64,000 nt of DNA from Octopus sinensis (taxonomy: Eukaryota). A program made the translations under genes and the position numbers. Positions 27,950 through 42,005 of the stretch are shown here, one piece after another (the first letter of the stretch is position 1; each line of letters opens with the position of its first letter). The stretch covers positions 12,722,464 through 12,786,463 of the forward strand of contig NC_043011.1 in assembly GCF_006345805.1 (NCBI RefSeq), given 5' to 3'. The notes under the pieces were generated by a model. The model worked only from the letters and a program-made list of their open reading frames with translations. It was not told the DNA's origin and made no database searches.

Positions 27950-28170
27950 CAAAATGTGACCGCGTGTGTACCGTTGGCGATTTTTTTCCTCCGTCTTCCC
28001 TTCTCTGGATCTTTCCTTCTCCTATGTTTCCGACAAAGAGCCCCGTTCGAAACGTTAAACCCTCCTTCTTAACTTCTTTCCTGAGCGTCCAATAATACTA
28101 TATTTGTTCCATGTCCTCGCGTTGTTATGTTTTTTTGTGCTTTCATGTTTGGATTAACTTATATATATAT
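27950..28170 (+). mobile_element. Penelope-like pLTR fragment in (TA)n
   Basis: Contains a hammerhead-like motif; ...cctgagcgtccaataatac... resembles the cctgagc stretch next to the motif at 10972-11007. Confidence 0.55.
28026..28060 (+). ncRNA. Degenerate minimal type I hammerhead ribozyme motif
   Basis: GTTT-CCGACAA-A-GAGC(CCC)GTTC-GAAA-CG-TT-AAAC; palindromic ACGT stem III; core U4C and G8A changes. Confidence 0.55.
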
Positions 28171-28221
28171 ATATGTATATATATATATGTACAATATATA
28201 TATATACATATATATATGTAC

Positions 28222-28256
<35 letters not shown>

Positions 28257-28263
28257 ATGTACA

Positions 28264-28294
<31 letters not shown>

Positions 28295-29398
28295 ATGTAT
28301 GTATGTATATTGTACATATATATAACTAAGTACATATACTAATGTATATGCTGTGTGTATTTTCTGGTGTATCAGAGTATAGAAACTCTCATTGTCACTG
28401 GTGTTTATATACTCTGAATGAGAGTTTATATACTCCAATGTGCCATTGCATCCACTGGAAAATACACAAAGCATATACGTTAGTACATATGTTAATAATA
28501 TCTACTACACTAGCGCTGTTTTTACTACTTATGAAAATGTATGTGTGTGTGTGTGGATTGATAAATACTAGAAGATACTTAGTAATATTAGTAATATTTA
28601 CATTTTTTGGAAACCCATAAACATAAGTAAACACACACATGCACGCAGATGGACAGGCATACATACATAAATGTTCATCTGTCTGAGTGACTTGGACCAT
28701 CCAGTCCTTTATGAGGATGACTGCTGACTTCTGTGGGGACTTTGCTTAAACTGAAGAAAAATGTCGTGCACCATGACCCTCTTCAATTCAGAAGCAAGAC
28801 CAGGTTAAGATGACTGGGGAGGGAAATGGATGCAGCAGATGACCAAGGTGTCCTACTTGCCTCATCTTGCTCTCTCTCCACTTCACAATGTGTTACTGCA
28901 GCTGCCTTTCCCTCCATTCAACAACAAAGGTTTCTTTTTGCAGAGACTGCATATGAGGTGACCCCTAATATGCTAATTAACCCAATGTTGGCACCTGACA
29001 GATGCTACTACTCTAGGTGACAGTTGACCCGGGAATAACAGTGAATAGTGGCAAAGTGGTGATTCCACATTCCTCAAAACCAAGGAGCTCCAAAACCAGG
29101 ACCCCACAACTGAATGCATACCCAGGATATGCATACATATGCATGCATACAATGGGCTACTTTCTATTTCTGCCTACCAAATCTACTTACAAGACTTTGG
29201 TCTACCCTGAACAATAGCACAAAACAATTGCTCAAGGTGTGACACTGAACCCAAAACTACAAGATTGAGAAGCCTACTTCTTAACCATATAGCTGTGCTT
29301 ATATATATATATATAAATTATATTAGAGGTAAAACCTAAATCTAATTTTTCCCTGTAAGTTTGGATTTACTCCCTAATAATATTATATATATATATAT

Positions 29399-29800
29399 AG
29401 GCACAGGAGTGGCTGTGTGGTAAGTAGCTTGCTAACCAACCACATGGTTCCGGGTTCAGTCCCACAGCGTGGCATCTTGGGCAAGTGTCTTCTGCTATAG
29501 CCCCGGGCCGACCAATGCCTTGTGAGTGGATTTGGTAGGCGGAAACTGAAAGAAGCCTGTTGTATATATGTATATATATGTATGTGTGTGTGTTTGTGTG
29601 TCTGTGTCTGTCCCCCTAGCATTGCTTAACCAATGCTGGTGTGTTTGCGTCCCCATCACTTAGCGGTTCAGCAAAAGAGACTGATAGAATAAGTACTGGG
29701 CTTACAAAGAATAAGTCCCGGGGTCGATTTGCTCGACTGACGGCGGTGCTCCAGCATGGCCGCAGTCAAAATGACTGAAACAAGTAAAAGAGTAAAGAGT
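29399..29800 (+). mobile_element. SINE family A, full length
   Basis: Head, linker and tail. Confidence 0.9.
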
Positions 29801-30079
29801 ATATATATATATATTGTTTATACAAACATCCACGTATTTATATGCATGCGTAGTATATACACATACTCACTCACACATCGGTACTATCATCTTTATATAT
29901 CACTTTCTAGCATCATTCCACCCATAATTTGTAGAAACCATTCTAAATCTGAGACATTGGAGCAAGCCGGTCTCCACCAGCCTGTTGCATCTTTTCAAAT
30001 CATCAAACTTGTCCCAACATGTAAAATAGTAGACGGAAAAATGATCATCATCATGATGATGATGGTAATGATGTTACAC

Positions 30080-30187
30080 TAACACACACACTTGTGTATG
30101 TATGTATGTATGTATGTGTGTGTGTATGTATGTATGTATGTATGTGTGTGTGTATGTATGTATGTATGTGTGTGTATGTATGTATGA

Positions 30188-30221
<34 letters not shown>

Positions 30222-30285
30222 ATGTGTGTGTGTATGTATGTATGTATGTAAGTGTGTGTGTGTATGTATGTATGCATGCATGTAT
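30080..30285. repeat. (TATG)n/(TG)n microsatellite
   Basis: Direct reading. Confidence 0.95.
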
Positions 30286-31635
30286 ATTGAAAGTTCTGTA
30301 CCTTATCTAACAATTTAAAATATTTATATTATTTTTGAAAGAAATTTGTTATGAATCTGTATGCATCCTTTCAATTACTCATGCTTCAATCCATTAAACA
30401 TTCTTTACTGAGTTAATATCTACATCTCAGTAATAAATGCACCACATAAACGAAGTAAAGTTAATTTGCAACCAAGAAGTTGTCCCAGTTACAGCTATTT
30501 CACTCTGTTTATATCACTAATGCTTTCAGAAAATTTATGATTACTATAACATCCTAACACTTTTCTTCAGTCTATCTAAACACTGGTGCCGAAGTAAGAA
30601 TCATATTTATATCTCCACAAGTATTACAGTCCCATCGACTGACTCATTTGACATAACACTTTACAGCATTTGCTTCAATATTTTTTACGACTTGTAAATT
30701 TTATGAGTTTTATTTTTTCAATTCTTTTAGATAAATATCATAAATATTCCAAGATTTGAAGTTATGATAATTCTTTGGAATTGCCGTTTCTAAACTCATG
30801 CTTTCTTAATTACTGGGATCATGATATCAATTTTGGATTCTCATAGTAAAGCAAAAGTGAGCAAATTTACAGCAACCGTCTTTTCACAGCCAAAGGCTGG
30901 TTTTTATGTTCTGTGATTGGAGCAGAAGTTTATTTAGCTAATTGTCTCTAAATTAGGAATAATAATTCATTGCTATATTTCTCTAAATTAGTATCAGATT
31001 TAGTTCACAACAAATTATGTTCAATATATTTTCTATTAAAAAGTCAAATTCAATTAGGTAAAATTAGAGAAACCTACACAGAAGCTGGTCAATATTTTTC
31101 AGGTGAATAGGGAAGATTTTGAATTGAAACAAATAAGCTTAAACTCACAGACATATATTTATCTGAATTTGCTATGACACATAAAGAGAGAAGAAAATCA
31201 ATAATCTTTCTATTGCTTCATCATGACATAGTGTAGGTGTGGAGATATATGCTAGCAGAAGCAGGAAATACATAACTAAACATCACATAATTGTAATTAA
31301 TGGTTAGAATATACACATGGATAATAGTGAATAGACTGCATTCCCCTCCTCAGTGGATAGATTAGCAGATGCGGGAGTATAGACCTGCTGATGATAAAGT
31401 ATAAGACAACAGATGATAGAGTATGGTACGGTAGATATGTTTAGTACACAAGCAATTATCATAGGATAGACAGGCCAGCAAGTGATACAGAACACATTGG
31501 CAGAGAGATAGTAAGGAATAGACTTGTAGATAATAAGGGATATAGTATATAGGTGTATAGAGTCGCCCAACAGTAAGTCTTATTACCACACATGACAACT
31601 GTTGATATTAATGTTTTTTTATTCAATTGGGGTCA

Positions 31636-32047
31636 TACTCTTACTCTTTTACTTGTTTCAGTCATTTGATTGCGGCCATGCTGGAGCACCGCCTTTAGTC
31701 GAGCAACTCGACCCCGGGACTTATTCTTTGTAAGCCCAGTACTTATTCTACCAATCTCTTTTTGCTGAACCACTAAGTGACGGGGATATAAACACACCAG
31801 CATCGGTTGTCAAGCAATGCTAGGGGGACAGACACAGACACACAAACATACACGCACATATATATATATATATATATATACATATATACGACGGGCTTCT
31901 TTCAGTTTCCGTTTACCAAATCCACTCACAAGGCTTTGGTCGGCCCGAGGCTATAGTAGAAGACACTTGCCCAAGGTGCCACGCAATGGGACTGAACCCG
32001 GAACCATGTGGTTGGTAGGCAAGCTACTTACCACACAGCCACTCCTT
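31636..32047 (-). mobile_element. SINE family A, full length
   Basis: Reverse complement of head, linker and tail. Confidence 0.9.
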
Positions 32048-32875
32048 ACACATTTTTATGATTTAGTGCATGAGTTGAAGTGTGATTTAAAAATCAGGTT
32101 CAGTTCCAATTGATATCTCACGTGCAAGCAAAGAAAACTGCTGTAATGACCACTACAGAAATATATTTTTCTGTTGCAGGTAATTTCACTTTATCTTAGC
32201 TTGAACATTCAACTATTTTTAGTATTTTGTCAAGAGAGGAATACTGTAGAATGCAATTTAGTAACATGCGTGATATTCATGAGAAAGGGCGATTACAGTG
32301 AGACAAGATGTGTTGTTTTGAATAAAATAATTTCAATAACTGGCCTCATTCTCATACACTCCTCAAACCTTACAAACTACATTATTACTGCAGTGATTGT
32401 ATGAAGCATAGTGGAAACAGCTCCATGATCTGGGCTGGCTCTCTGCTAGCCTTTGCTTACCAAATTTGATTGTTACTCTTCTACCTCTAGTTTCTGTTCA
32501 TTCATGTGTAATAAAATGTAAGTGAAGCTTTAGAAATTTTAACACTTTCATTTTGATAAACTCCTCAGTTACTGAAATTACCTTCAACAGTTCAATCTAG
32601 CCAAGGTGCATTCTTGTGGTTTTGTCTAGTAACTAATACAACATTGATAGTTTGCTAGTTCTAAAACTACCAAAGTATTTAGTAACTGCTATTTCAGTAT
32701 GGACAGAGCTTAATTAACTGGAAACAGTGATAAAGAATATCAGACCTTATTTAAACGTAAAGAATATTCTCACTAAATAATAGATATCCAGTGAAATAAT
32801 CCATCGTTAAGAGAAAAGAAATACTCTCCCCATCATCAGATGTTATTTTATCAAAATAACTACTCTTCATGAATT

Positions 32876-32992
32876 CTGCACTCATACTCGTAAACTGCAC
32901 TCATACTTGTAAACTGCACTCATACTCGTAAACTGCACTCATACTCGTAAACTGCACTCATATTCGTAAACTGCACTCATACTCGTAAACTG
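32876..32992. repeat. 6 x 19-bp tandem repeat
   Basis: Unit ctgcactcatactcgtaaa, with two single-base variants. Confidence 0.95.
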
Positions 32993-33189
32993 AAGGCCAG
33001 CTGATGATTAACTCAGATATCAACTTGAGGCCACTTGTAAATACACTGATGATATACCTTCCTGTCAATGTAAATAAACTGAATCCTTTCTAATTAAAAT
33101 TTGCTACCACAAAATTATCCTAATAACTTGTACTAACTTAATTGGCACTCCATCAGTTATGACAATAAGGGTTTCAGTTGATCTGATCA

Positions 33190-33440
33190 ACAAGAACAGC
33201 CTGCCTGTGAAATTAACATGCAAGCGGCTGGGTACTCCACAGACACCCGTGTACCCTTAACATAGTTCTCAGGGAGATTCAATATGACACAGAATGTGAC
33301 AAGGCTGATCCTTTGAATTACAAGTACATCTTTCATTTTTGCTCCAGCTGAGTGGACTGATGAAATGTGAAATAAAGTGTTTTGCTCTTTTGCCAAGGGA
33401 CACGATTTATGACCTTACAACTATAAGCTGAATACCCTAA
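33190..33440 (-). mobile_element. Old SINE, same family as 56178-56460
   Basis: ccacagacacccgtgtacccttaac...gctccagctgagtggactg...ataaagtgt reverse-matches the 56178 copy. Confidence 0.6.
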
Positions 33441-33714
33441 ACACCTGTAAGTCACATGCCTACTACATGCCTTCACTTAGGAGATCACTCAGCCAGTCTG
33501 TCAATGAAGAGCATGGCTGTCTGCAAGAACTGATGAAAATTGCAGGACTTAGTGAACATTGCACCCACAGAATCCCATTGTCCCAGGGCCCTATCTGATC
33601 AAGAAGTTAATTTGTGCTATTGGGAGGTCAGCTATTTTACACCTCTTTTCTTTATTGTTTATTCAGAGGAGGAAAAGTAATGTCCATAGCTTCTTTTGAG
33701 ACCTCCATGACTTG

Positions 33715-33935
33715 TATGTTTCTTTATTACCTGCAAGGGGCTAAATATAGAGGGGACAAACTAGGACAGACATAGGTATTAAGCCGATTACATTGACCCC
33801 AGTGTGTAACTGGTACTTAATTTATCGACCCCGAAAGGATGAAAGGCAAAGTCAACCTCGGCGGAATTCAGAATGTAACGGCAGACGAAATACGGCTACG
33901 CATTTTGCCCAGCATGCTAACGTTTCTGCCATCTC
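33715..33935 (-). mobile_element. SINE family C
   Basis: Reverse complement of the 7214 family. Confidence 0.85.
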
Positions 33936-36900
33936 ATGACTTGTAGAAGGCAGCTAACTTTTCATTAGTAATGTTAAAGGCACCTAATAGACAAGCAACA
34001 ACATTAAACCAGATGAGAGACTAAATCTGTTGTTAGTATTCTCAATCATGACACAAAGAGAAGATACAAACAACAGATTTATAGCACATCAGTGGGACAT
34101 GAGTGTAGACTCCATTCAGATCACTTGTGTCCTTGTGAGTGTATGTTCCATTATATCAAGATAGGATTAAAGAAGACTTTATTTAGTAGTGTGTCTGTGT
34201 AATATCACAATAAACTTTCTTTACAAGTGGTTTATTAAATCAGATTTGTAGAGCTTATGTTTCCAGGATATTAATTATAGCTGGAATAGCCTATACAATG
34301 TGTGAGATGAAAATAGCATTATTGGAAGCCAAAATTGTATTACAAATTCAGGTGGTTGGATGCTTAATACTATTTTTTAGTAAACCATAATTCTAGTAGC
34401 AAACATGGCAGCAAAATAGTTCTCTAAGCTATATTCAATTTAGGAGTCATATCTTAGCCTTTTATCTTTTGAGACAACGTTTTTTTTTTTCATAAAGTTG
34501 TAGATTGTAAGGAGAGAATCTCTGACGATGTAATGTTGATCAAACTATGAAGAAAAACTTGGACAATATAGAAAACATCACATATATCATTATCTGAGAT
34601 TGTTCCAAAATATTTGTGATTATGTCATTGGTTTTCTCAAGAAATGATTTAACATGTTCTACAACAAACCCTTATATAAAAATATTCCTAACAATTTCCA
34701 CATCATCCACAATAATAATCACAAGCATAACTATAATGAAGGAATCACCATGTAATTGCTTAATCTGTTCAAAATAACAGTCAAACCTCCTTAAGCCATA
34801 CCTTACTATCTTAACCCTTTCGTTACTGTATTTATTTTGAGATGCTCAGTGTTTCTTTCAATTTCTTTAAATATAACAAAGAATTTAGTAAAATAACTTA
34901 GTAATCATTAAGCTAGTATTAGGAATGTAAATTTTGACTAAGGTTTAGTGGAAGATTTTTAATTCAAAACTTATGAAAATAAGACATTTGTACTCAGAGC
35001 CAGAGCTGGTTTCAGCCAGGTTAGTAATGGAAGGATTAAGAAAGGAAAGATAAATTGGATAAACTGCTTCTAGGTTTATCGTATATGGAAGAAAATATGG
35101 GATCAAAATGCTAAACTAATTTACTATTAGGTCTGCTTGATTAGTACAGAACTGAAGGTGAGATGCTAGTAGCATCTACCTTTTTCCATGAGTGAATGAG
35201 GGAGCTCTCACATGATGTCTTGACCTGCTATAAATAGTGGTTGTGTCTCCCTCAAATGACACTCAACCATCTTCCAAAAAATAGGAAGTAACTGTATAAA
35301 GTTTTCCTAGCTAACTATGTAATGAAACAAATATAAGAAATTAAAGATGAAAGGGCAACCTTTGACCATAAGTCTACTCAACCAGCCCTTACAGAGTTTT
35401 CAAATATCTCACAAAGAATATTAAGATATAAAATGTAACCATATTTTTACCTACAATGTGAACTGGTGACTGTTATTCAATAAAACTTGATGTGTTATAG
35501 AACAGCAGTTGCTACAACTTTCCTCACAACTACTGTGATGGTCCCGTGAGTTAAAACAGACAACTTTCTACTAATAATTGATCTCAATTGATCTCTGAAT
35601 GTACTATTAACTTCATTACACATGGCCTAAAGTATGAGCAATTTTTTTTCTAACCAAGCAGAATAAATAATAGAGAGAGAGTTGGGAGACAGCATGAAGA
35701 GAAATATAAGCTTAAAACACATAGAATGCTATGCAAACATGTGACTAGTTTGACCATTGCAGCTGAATTACTAAACTATGAAAATTATGGAAAATAATTA
35801 CTGCAAAATTTTCAAAGATAACTAGTTTCATAATAATCTCTCATTTCAATCAGCATCTTTCATCTTGACATGCATGGCCACTTAACATCTGTCTATAATG
35901 TATACTTAACAAATTGCTGGGTCTGGTCATTTGTAAGCTCTCGGTTTAAATCCAGCTGAAGTCAACTTTGCCTTTCATTGTTACTGGGAAATAATGTAAA
36001 CTTGCAAATCAACTACCAGGTCAATTTATATTCCTATAACACTTCCCAGACATGAATAGAATTATAATAGTTTCAAATTTTGGCACAAGGCTAGCAATTT
36101 TAGGGATACGTTAAGACAAACTATATCAACCTCAGTATGTAGGTGATACTTCATTTTATTGACTCCAAAAAGGACGATGGGTAAAGTCGATCTTGATAGG
36201 ATTTGAGCCAAGAGTGTAGAGCTAGAAGAAATATCACTTTGCATTTTGTCAGCTCTAAATAGTTAAGTTACTTCAGAGAATTCAATCACAAAATAATAAT
36301 TTTCTTAACTTTGGCTCCTAATCACTGCCCTATCATTAGTCTGACCTTTAGAACAAATCTATTTAACTTAGTAGAGGACATTGCCAACTACTTACAAGAA
36401 CTAGTTCATAACTGTACAAGCCAATCATCAAAAGACTTTTTTGTGAATTTACTGTTTGTCATGAACACATAAGTTCAGGATTTCTACGTTTTTGAACATC
36501 ATCAAACAAGATCGCACTCATAATATTTTTGATACCATGTAACTTTTTCAAAGTTACCTTTCTAAGTTTCAAAATTCTTCTGCATACAGCAGTTTCTACA
36601 CCTTTCCTCACATTTATTATCATAGCTCACCACCCCACCGCACAAGATAAAATAAACAACTAACATCTCAGAATTGATTTCAATTGATTTCTGAATATAC
36701 TGTTAACTTCATCACATATGGTCTGAAAAGAAAATATGAGCATTTTCTTTCTTTTTTTTTTTTTTCATAGTAAACAGAATAAATAATAGTGGGAAGGGGG
36801 CAACATAAAAAGAAATATCTAGGTCAGTAAGCACATATTAAGAGCAGTTTGTTGCTCAGCAAGTACTTTTCTTATAGAAGTTTCATCAGAATAAAAGTAA

Positions 36901-37354
36901 GTGTAATGTCTCACAGTTGTACAAAAACTGACTAGATTCTAAATATCCTGTTCTAAGATTTTTTTTTCCCTGACTCTAAATATTTTATTATTGAACTCTT
37001 GTGTAATAGAGAAGGTAAAGTCAGTGAACATGGTCTTTTCTCCTTTCAACAAATCCTCCACAAGTTTAGCCCCTTCAAAGACAAGTGTTAAAAATGGTAG
37101 TAACATCAAACAGCCATATTGATGTGGTGATAAACATTTCTTCTCAGTTTCGTTACCACTTTCATCTCTTATAGAGATTTTCTAACTAGCCACTTTGCTT
37201 GTTGAAATAAGAGACCCCTTACTTGAAAAGAAAGTAAGGGTTTGTAACAACAAAGGTCTTCAGTTGTAAAACAGTGTCTCAATATATTTACTTAATCAAT
37301 GGAAAAACAAATGTAAAATATATGAATAATATTTATATATATATATATAAACAT

Positions 37355-37526
37355 AGGCGTAGGAGTGGCTGTGTGGTAAGTAGCTTGCTAACCAACCACA
37401 TGATTCCGGGTTCAGTCCCACTGCATGGCATCTTGGGCAAGTGTCTTCTGCTATAGCCCCGGGCCGACCAATGCCTTGTGAGTGGATTTGGTAGACGGAA
37501 ACTGAAAGAAGCCTGTTGTATATATG

Positions 37527-37572
<46 letters not shown>

Positions 37573-37820
37573 TGTATGTATGTATGTATGTATGTGTGTG
37601 TGTTTGTGTGTCTGTGTTTGTCCCCCTAGCATTGCTTGACAACCAATGCTGGTGTGTTTACGTCCCCATCACTTAGCGGTTCAGCAAAAGAGACCGATAG
37701 AATAAGTACTGGGCTTACAAAGAATAAGTCCCGGGGTCGATTTGCTCGACTAAAGGTGGTGCTCCAGCATGGCCGCAGTCAAATGACTGAAACAAGTAAA
37801 AGAGTAAAAGAGTAAAAGAG
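37355..37820 (+). mobile_element. SINE family A, full length
   Basis: Head, (TA)(TATG) linker, tail (agtaaaag)n. Confidence 0.9.
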
Positions 37821-38042
37821 AATTTATGTAGTTTTGGTGATACTAGCAGGAAAATAGAACTCGAAACACGAGTAGCATACATACATATACACAAACATAC
37901 ATTCATACATACATTGTTGAAGTCATAGGAATTTATAAACTTTCAAGATAACATGGAATACTTCCTTTTTGGAATTGGATCTTGAAGCACATATAAAGCT
38001 ATAAATAATAGAATGTCAATATTGGATTGGAAAACCCCTTTT

Positions 38043-38463
38043 GGATATTTTCGGTTTGAACGGCAGTTTTTTACATAATTTCTAGGTAACTGAAAAGTTT
38101 TAAACTTTGTATACTGGTAGAATGTGTTTATAAAACATCTTTTTCTCTTGGCTTTATTGAGAAAATTCTATAGTTTGTAAGATATTTGTTGTTTTTTTTT
38201 CTTCAATTTCTGCAATTTCAACCAATCACTGACGTCTATTGAGTTAAAACGCATTCTGTGCCATATGAATATGTCCCTCGTTTAAGAAACATATTGGGCT
38301 TATTTACATTTGTGAAGAAAAAAGATACCCTTCCCCCCCCCCACCCTTAACCCTAACCCTAAAACAGATTGAAATGCAATAGATCGATACTAGGGTCATA
38401 ATTATGGGTGACAATTTCATATGACACCGCTAGAAAAAACTGCCGTTCAAACCAAAAGGATCC
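38043..38463 (-). mobile_element. Telomeric-repeat MITE, copy 2
   Basis: Same TIRs; TSD cccctttt at 38035-38042 and 38464-38471. Confidence 0.9.
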
Positions 38464-38702
38464 CCCCTTTTGGATAGAAAAAGTCAAATATTTGCTTAAT
38501 GGGACTTGAACCCACATCTCCAATAGACATGACAGGTGTTTTATCATTGTACCAAAGTAATCCTTCTTATTTCTCTCTCCATCTTAGAAACTATATTCTT
38601 ACTAGCAAGAATTGTAGGTTTGTTAAAATCATGAGAATTTATAAACTTTTGTGAAAATGTAGAATAATTTCTTTTTTGTAATTTTGTAATTGATTCTCAA
38701 AG

Positions 38703-39367
38703 TATGAGCACTGGCTGAAAATTCATAGGCTGACCAAGATCATCTCATAGAATGTGACCAAATGAGGTTTATTTTTCAACGTAGTACCCTCCTTACAGTC
38801 CATACATTCTTCCATCAGTGTTGCAGTGTTTGGATTCCATTGGTGAAGAAGCTTTCATCCTATTGGTCAAAAAAGTCATCAACAGCAGATACGCTGTCAT
38901 CATCACTGTGACACTGGTCCCCAGCCAAGTGTTTCTTCAAGTTGGGAAACACATAATAGTCACCTCATCATCATCATCATCATCAACGTTTAACGTCCGT
39001 TTTCCATGCTAGCATGGGTTGGACGGTTCAACTGGGGTCTAGGAAGACAGAAGGCTGCACCAGGCCCAGTCCGATCTGGCAGTGTTTTTACAGCTAGATG
39101 CCCTTCCTAATGTCAACCACTCCGTGAGTGTAGTGGGTGCTTTTTACGTGCCACCAGAACAGGTGCCAGACGAGGCTGGCAAACAGCCACATGGTGCCAA
39201 ATCAGGAAAGTAAAAAAGGCGATCAACCAGTGGGAAGCCATGGTCACACACAGCAACCATTGAAACCAAGGATTTGTGTGCTGGAGCAATGTCCTGATGA
39301 AACAAGACCCATTTGTCAGTTTTCCTGGGTATTTGGTCTTGATAGCCTTTTGTAACTGCATCAGCAA
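38703..39367 (-). mobile_element. mariner (DD34D-type) transposase relic, 3' part, split by an RTE tail
   Basis: AIKTKYPGKLT..VLFHQDIAPAHKS...FPDLAP | DYYVFPNLKKHLAG...FFTNGIQTLQH*WK. Confidence 0.85.
38966..39183 (-). mobile_element. RTE 3' UTR (family D) nested in the mariner relic
   Basis: (cat)n-aacgtttaacgtccgttttccatgctagc... Confidence 0.85.
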
Positions 39368-39394
39368 GTGGGCATAGTACTCAACATTGATGAT

Positions 39395-40375
39395 GTAGCG
39401 ATGATCTGTCGTGTATGCACACTGACATTACATATCCAGCGGAGCATACTGGCTTCATTCCTTGCAAGCTTATGCATGTCCTCAGCTGTCACGGCCCATG
39501 TTTCACTGCCATGTAGCATGGCTGTTCACACACATGCGTCATACAGTCTACCTTTTACTCTGAGCAAGAAGCCCTTTGTCACCAGCAGAGGTAGGAGGAG
39601 CTCTCTGAACTTTGCTCAGGCTATTTTTATTCAAGCAGCTACACTTTCAGAGCATCCACTCCCGCTACTAACTTGGTCCCCTAGGTAATGGAAGCTATCA
39701 ACTACTTGTAGTTTTTTCCCCTGGAATGTGACAAAAGCTCCTGAGCATTTGCCACACGCAAAAACTATCTTCTCAGTTAGCCTTCCTTTGGCATTGCTGC
39801 ACCTTTTATGTGTCCATAGCTTACACTAGGTACATCTTATGGAGTTTCTACCTACGCCTTTTCTACAGATCGAGCTGGGCCATCAACCCAAAAGGATTTG
39901 TGGTTTATCTGCCTTCCTACTTATTAGGACTTTGGTTTTTGCTAGGTTGACTCTAAGGCCCTTCGGTTTTAGACCTTGCTTCCACACCTGAAACTTCTCC
40001 TCTAGTTCTGATAGTGACTCAGCTATTAGAGCAAGGTTATCAGCACAGAGAAGTTCCCAGGGGCATCCTATCTTGAATTCCTCTTTTATTGCCTGGAGGA
40101 CTATGATGACTAAGAGGGGGCTGAGGACTTATCCTTGGTGGACCCTAACTAGAATTCATCACTGTACTCATTGCCAACCCTCTAACCTCTCATCTATCCC
40201 TAGTTTCCTCATTGACCACCAGATAAGGCTTTCTCCATGTCAAAGAGAGCTAGGTACAGAGGTTTATCTTTGTCTAGGTATTTCTCCTACAGCTGTCTTA
40301 CCAGAAATATAGCATTAGTGGTGCTTTTCTCTGGCACAAACCCAAACTGCATGTCATCTAGACTGACTCTCTCCT
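39395..40375 (-). mobile_element. RTE-clade reverse transcriptase relic
   Basis: MQFGFVP, VHQG, GCPWELLCADNLALIAESLSELEEKFQVWK (YADD decayed), DSFHYLGDQVSSGSGCSESVAA, RVKGRLYDAC; many stops and frameshifts. Confidence 0.9.
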
Positions 40376-40394
40376 AATATATATATATATATGT

Positions 40395-40575
40395 GCAGGT
40401 GGCACGTAAAAAGCACCCACTACACTCACGGAGTGGTTGGCGTTAGGAAGGGCATCCATCCGTAGAAACACTGCCAGATCTGACTGGGCCTGACGAAGCC
40501 TTCCAGCTTCACAGACCCCAGTTGAACCGTCCAACCCATGCTAGCATGGAAAGCGGACGCTAAATGATGATGATG
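40395..40575 (+). mobile_element. RTE 3' UTR (family D)
   Basis: ggcacgtaaaaagcacccactacac...gacgctaaatgatgatg. Confidence 0.85.
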
Positions 40576-40719
40576 ATATATAAATATATATATACACATA
40601 TATAAATATATGTATGTATGTATGTATGCATGCATGCATGTATGTATGTATGTACACACACAGATTCACAAGTAAATATTTATATTAATCAGTGTGTGTG
40701 TGTTTGCAATTTCCTGCCC

Positions 40720-40759
<40 letters not shown>

Positions 40760-40769
40760 CAACAATTGT

Positions 40770-40975
40770 TTCAATATTTGGCACAAGGACCACAATTCTA
40801 GGCAAAGAAGTTTGGTAAATTACATCACTCTCAGCACTTTATTCTATCAACTTCAAAAGGATGAAAGAAAAAAATTGACCTAGGTGGGATTTGAACTCAG
40901 AATATAAAAATGGACAAAAAAAAGCCACTAATCACTTTGTCCGGCGCAGTAATAATTCTATCAGCTTGCCACCAT
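40770..40975 (-). mobile_element. Old SINE, family C-related
   Basis: aaaggatgaaag...gggatttgaactcag. Confidence 0.55.
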
Positions 40976-41647
40976 TTGTTTAAAAAATAATATCATAAAA
41001 CATTGAATATCAGGCGAAAATATTAAGTTTGTATGTTGCCCTACTTTAAGGGCCTACTTACAACATTAAATGATATAGACAGAAAATGAATTTAAAATAT
41101 GACATAAAAAAAAAAATAATTGGTAAATACTGTTTACATAAAAATTCAATTGACATACATGCGTTTATTGCCATCTGCCATCTGGTGCTACTCTTGTCCC
41201 ATATATCATTCAATAGTGAACAATAGTAAAGTAGATGAGATGATTAGAGGCTTACAACTTTATTGTGACATGTATTTGTATCTGGAAATTTAGAACTTTA
41301 TCAGGGTTGCCATGTAACCCTTTAAGAAATGAAGTGTTGCTAATACCCCAAGATCAAGATTAGTGAATTTATATGGGTATCACAAAGTGATTTTGAAGTA
41401 AATCTCTTTTTCTTCAGATAACTTTTTGCAGTTAGTCCAGGGCGATGTGCATTATTGTAGTTGTATTTTATTTACTCAACTGAATTCATAAACAATGTTT
41501 ACTTATGAACGAAAGAAATTATATGAAAAATTACATTACATTTTTGTATTTGAGTTACAAGATTCTCAATGTGAATTCATGTCCCCAAGACATCAATATA
41601 TGGAAAAAGTAATTTCATGGTAAGATTAGAACAAGAATGTTTGAATA

Positions 41648-42005
41648 ATCATCATCATCATCATCATCATATCATATCCTCCTCCTCATCATAACCATCT
41701 CATCATATCCTCTTCCTCCTCCTCATCATCATCTCATCATATACCCCCCTCATCATCATCATCATCATCATATCCTCCTTCTCCTCCTCCTCATCATCAT
41801 CATATCCTCCTCCTCCTCCTCATCCTCATCATCATCCTTCTCATCATCATCACCATCATCATCATATCTTCCTCTTCCTCATCATAATCATCATCATCTT
41901 CCTCCTCTTCCTCTTCCTCATCATCATCATCATCATCCTCCTCCTCCTCATCATCATCATCACCACCACTACCACCACTACCACTATCATTAGCATCTTC
42001 ATCAT
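41648..42005. repeat. (CAT)/(CCT) trinucleotide low-complexity tract
   Basis: Direct reading. Confidence 0.9.
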
